A stretch of DNA of 64,000 nt from Eledone cirrhosa (taxonomy: Eukaryota): positions 387,376,001 through 387,440,000 of the forward strand of contig OZ024740.1 of assembly GCA_964016885.1 (NCBI GenBank), given 5' to 3'. Position numbers and translations under genes: made by a program. Shown in pieces: positions 63,168 to 64,000 of the stretch (position 1 is the first letter of the stretch; every line of letters starts with the position of its first letter). Below the pieces are notes generated by a model. It worked only from the letters and a program-made list of their open reading frames with translations. It made no database searches and was not told the origin of the DNA.

Positions 63168-64000
63168 TATATAAAATACACACATACACACACACAAAAT
63201 ATAAGTAAATAAACTTGCAATTTCTTATTTTCTTTTCTATTCCAACATTTGTTCCAACTGTATTGTAATAAAAATAATATTCAGCAGCAAATTAAAAGAA
63301 ACGTTAGTAACAAAAAATTAATATAAAAAAAAAAATTAAATTAAGTATTTTGAAAAGCTGACAAAGAAAGCATTTGCAACAAAAATAAATAAATAAAATC
63401 ATTTTAAAATTCTGTTGTTTTTTTGGAGTGGTGGGGTGGTGGGGTGGGGGGTGTCTTAAACTATATGAAGTAAGTACCCCTCAAACATATAGCCATGATT
63501 CATAGATATTCTATTAAAGCATATTTAGGAAGAAATATTTTTTTAACAAGAACCTTATATTTTCAAATAGCTTTTCCTGCAAAATATTTAGAATTGCTGG
63601 TGTAAAGAATGAAATAAATAAACATCATTTAAGTACATACTCACTTAATCCATAAATTAACAGAATTCAATTAGGTCAGTTTTTTTTTTGTAAATAAATA
63701 GTAACTAGTGTACCTGTCTCATGAAAAAATAATGAGTTTTATTAATTATAGAGAAAAGTTAATTTCTTAATTTTGAAAATCATTTGAAAATATGTATATA
63801 CTATAAAGGTATACAGTCAATTTATTTTGAAATATCTTATATAACACTTCTATTTAATCATGATACCTCTCATTTCAACCAGTCTCAAAACTCTCAGTTT
63901 TATTCTCACTTAGTTTCATTTTTATCCTCCCACTGTCACTTGACCTCCACATACTTCCACAGTACCTTGTTTGTGTGACAGCAAATAAAATTACATTTCA

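Overview
AT-rich, repeat-dense animal genomic DNA. The tRNA-derived SINEs, (GAT)n-tailed RTE LINEs and TTAGGG repeats suggest an octopus-like mollusc, but this is an inference. Two convergent host genes can be read from the sequence. (1) On the + strand, the last two coding exons (654-769, 1884-2150) of a 12-Cys, GPI-anchored Ly6/uPAR three-finger protein. (2) On the - strand, a sterol O-acyltransferase (SOAT1/ACAT1, MBOAT family): 12 phase-consistent GT-AG coding exons from 46620 down to 17108, 441 aa, with intact [15 protein letters not shown] and catalytic HEY motifs. Its N-terminal exons were not securely found. The remainder is mobile DNA: a near-full-length but frameshifted RTE LINE, CR1 and RTE 3' ends, three SINE families, TTAA-flanked piggyBac-type MITEs, a Charlie/Buster hAT deletion derivative with an 8-bp TSD, mini- and microsatellites. 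The most interesting signals are RNA-structural. They are: minimal type-I hammerhead-ribozyme motifs, one intact and on the SOAT1 sense strand at 47528-47563 and a head-to-head pair inside a fold-back element; a ~490-bp hairpin formed by an RTE inserted antiparallel at the homologous position of another RTE; competing inverted repeats around a SOAT1 exon; a hairpin that masks a consensus splice donor; and an inverted telomeric-repeat block beside the deletion junction of the hAT element. All calls were made by eye, with no database search.
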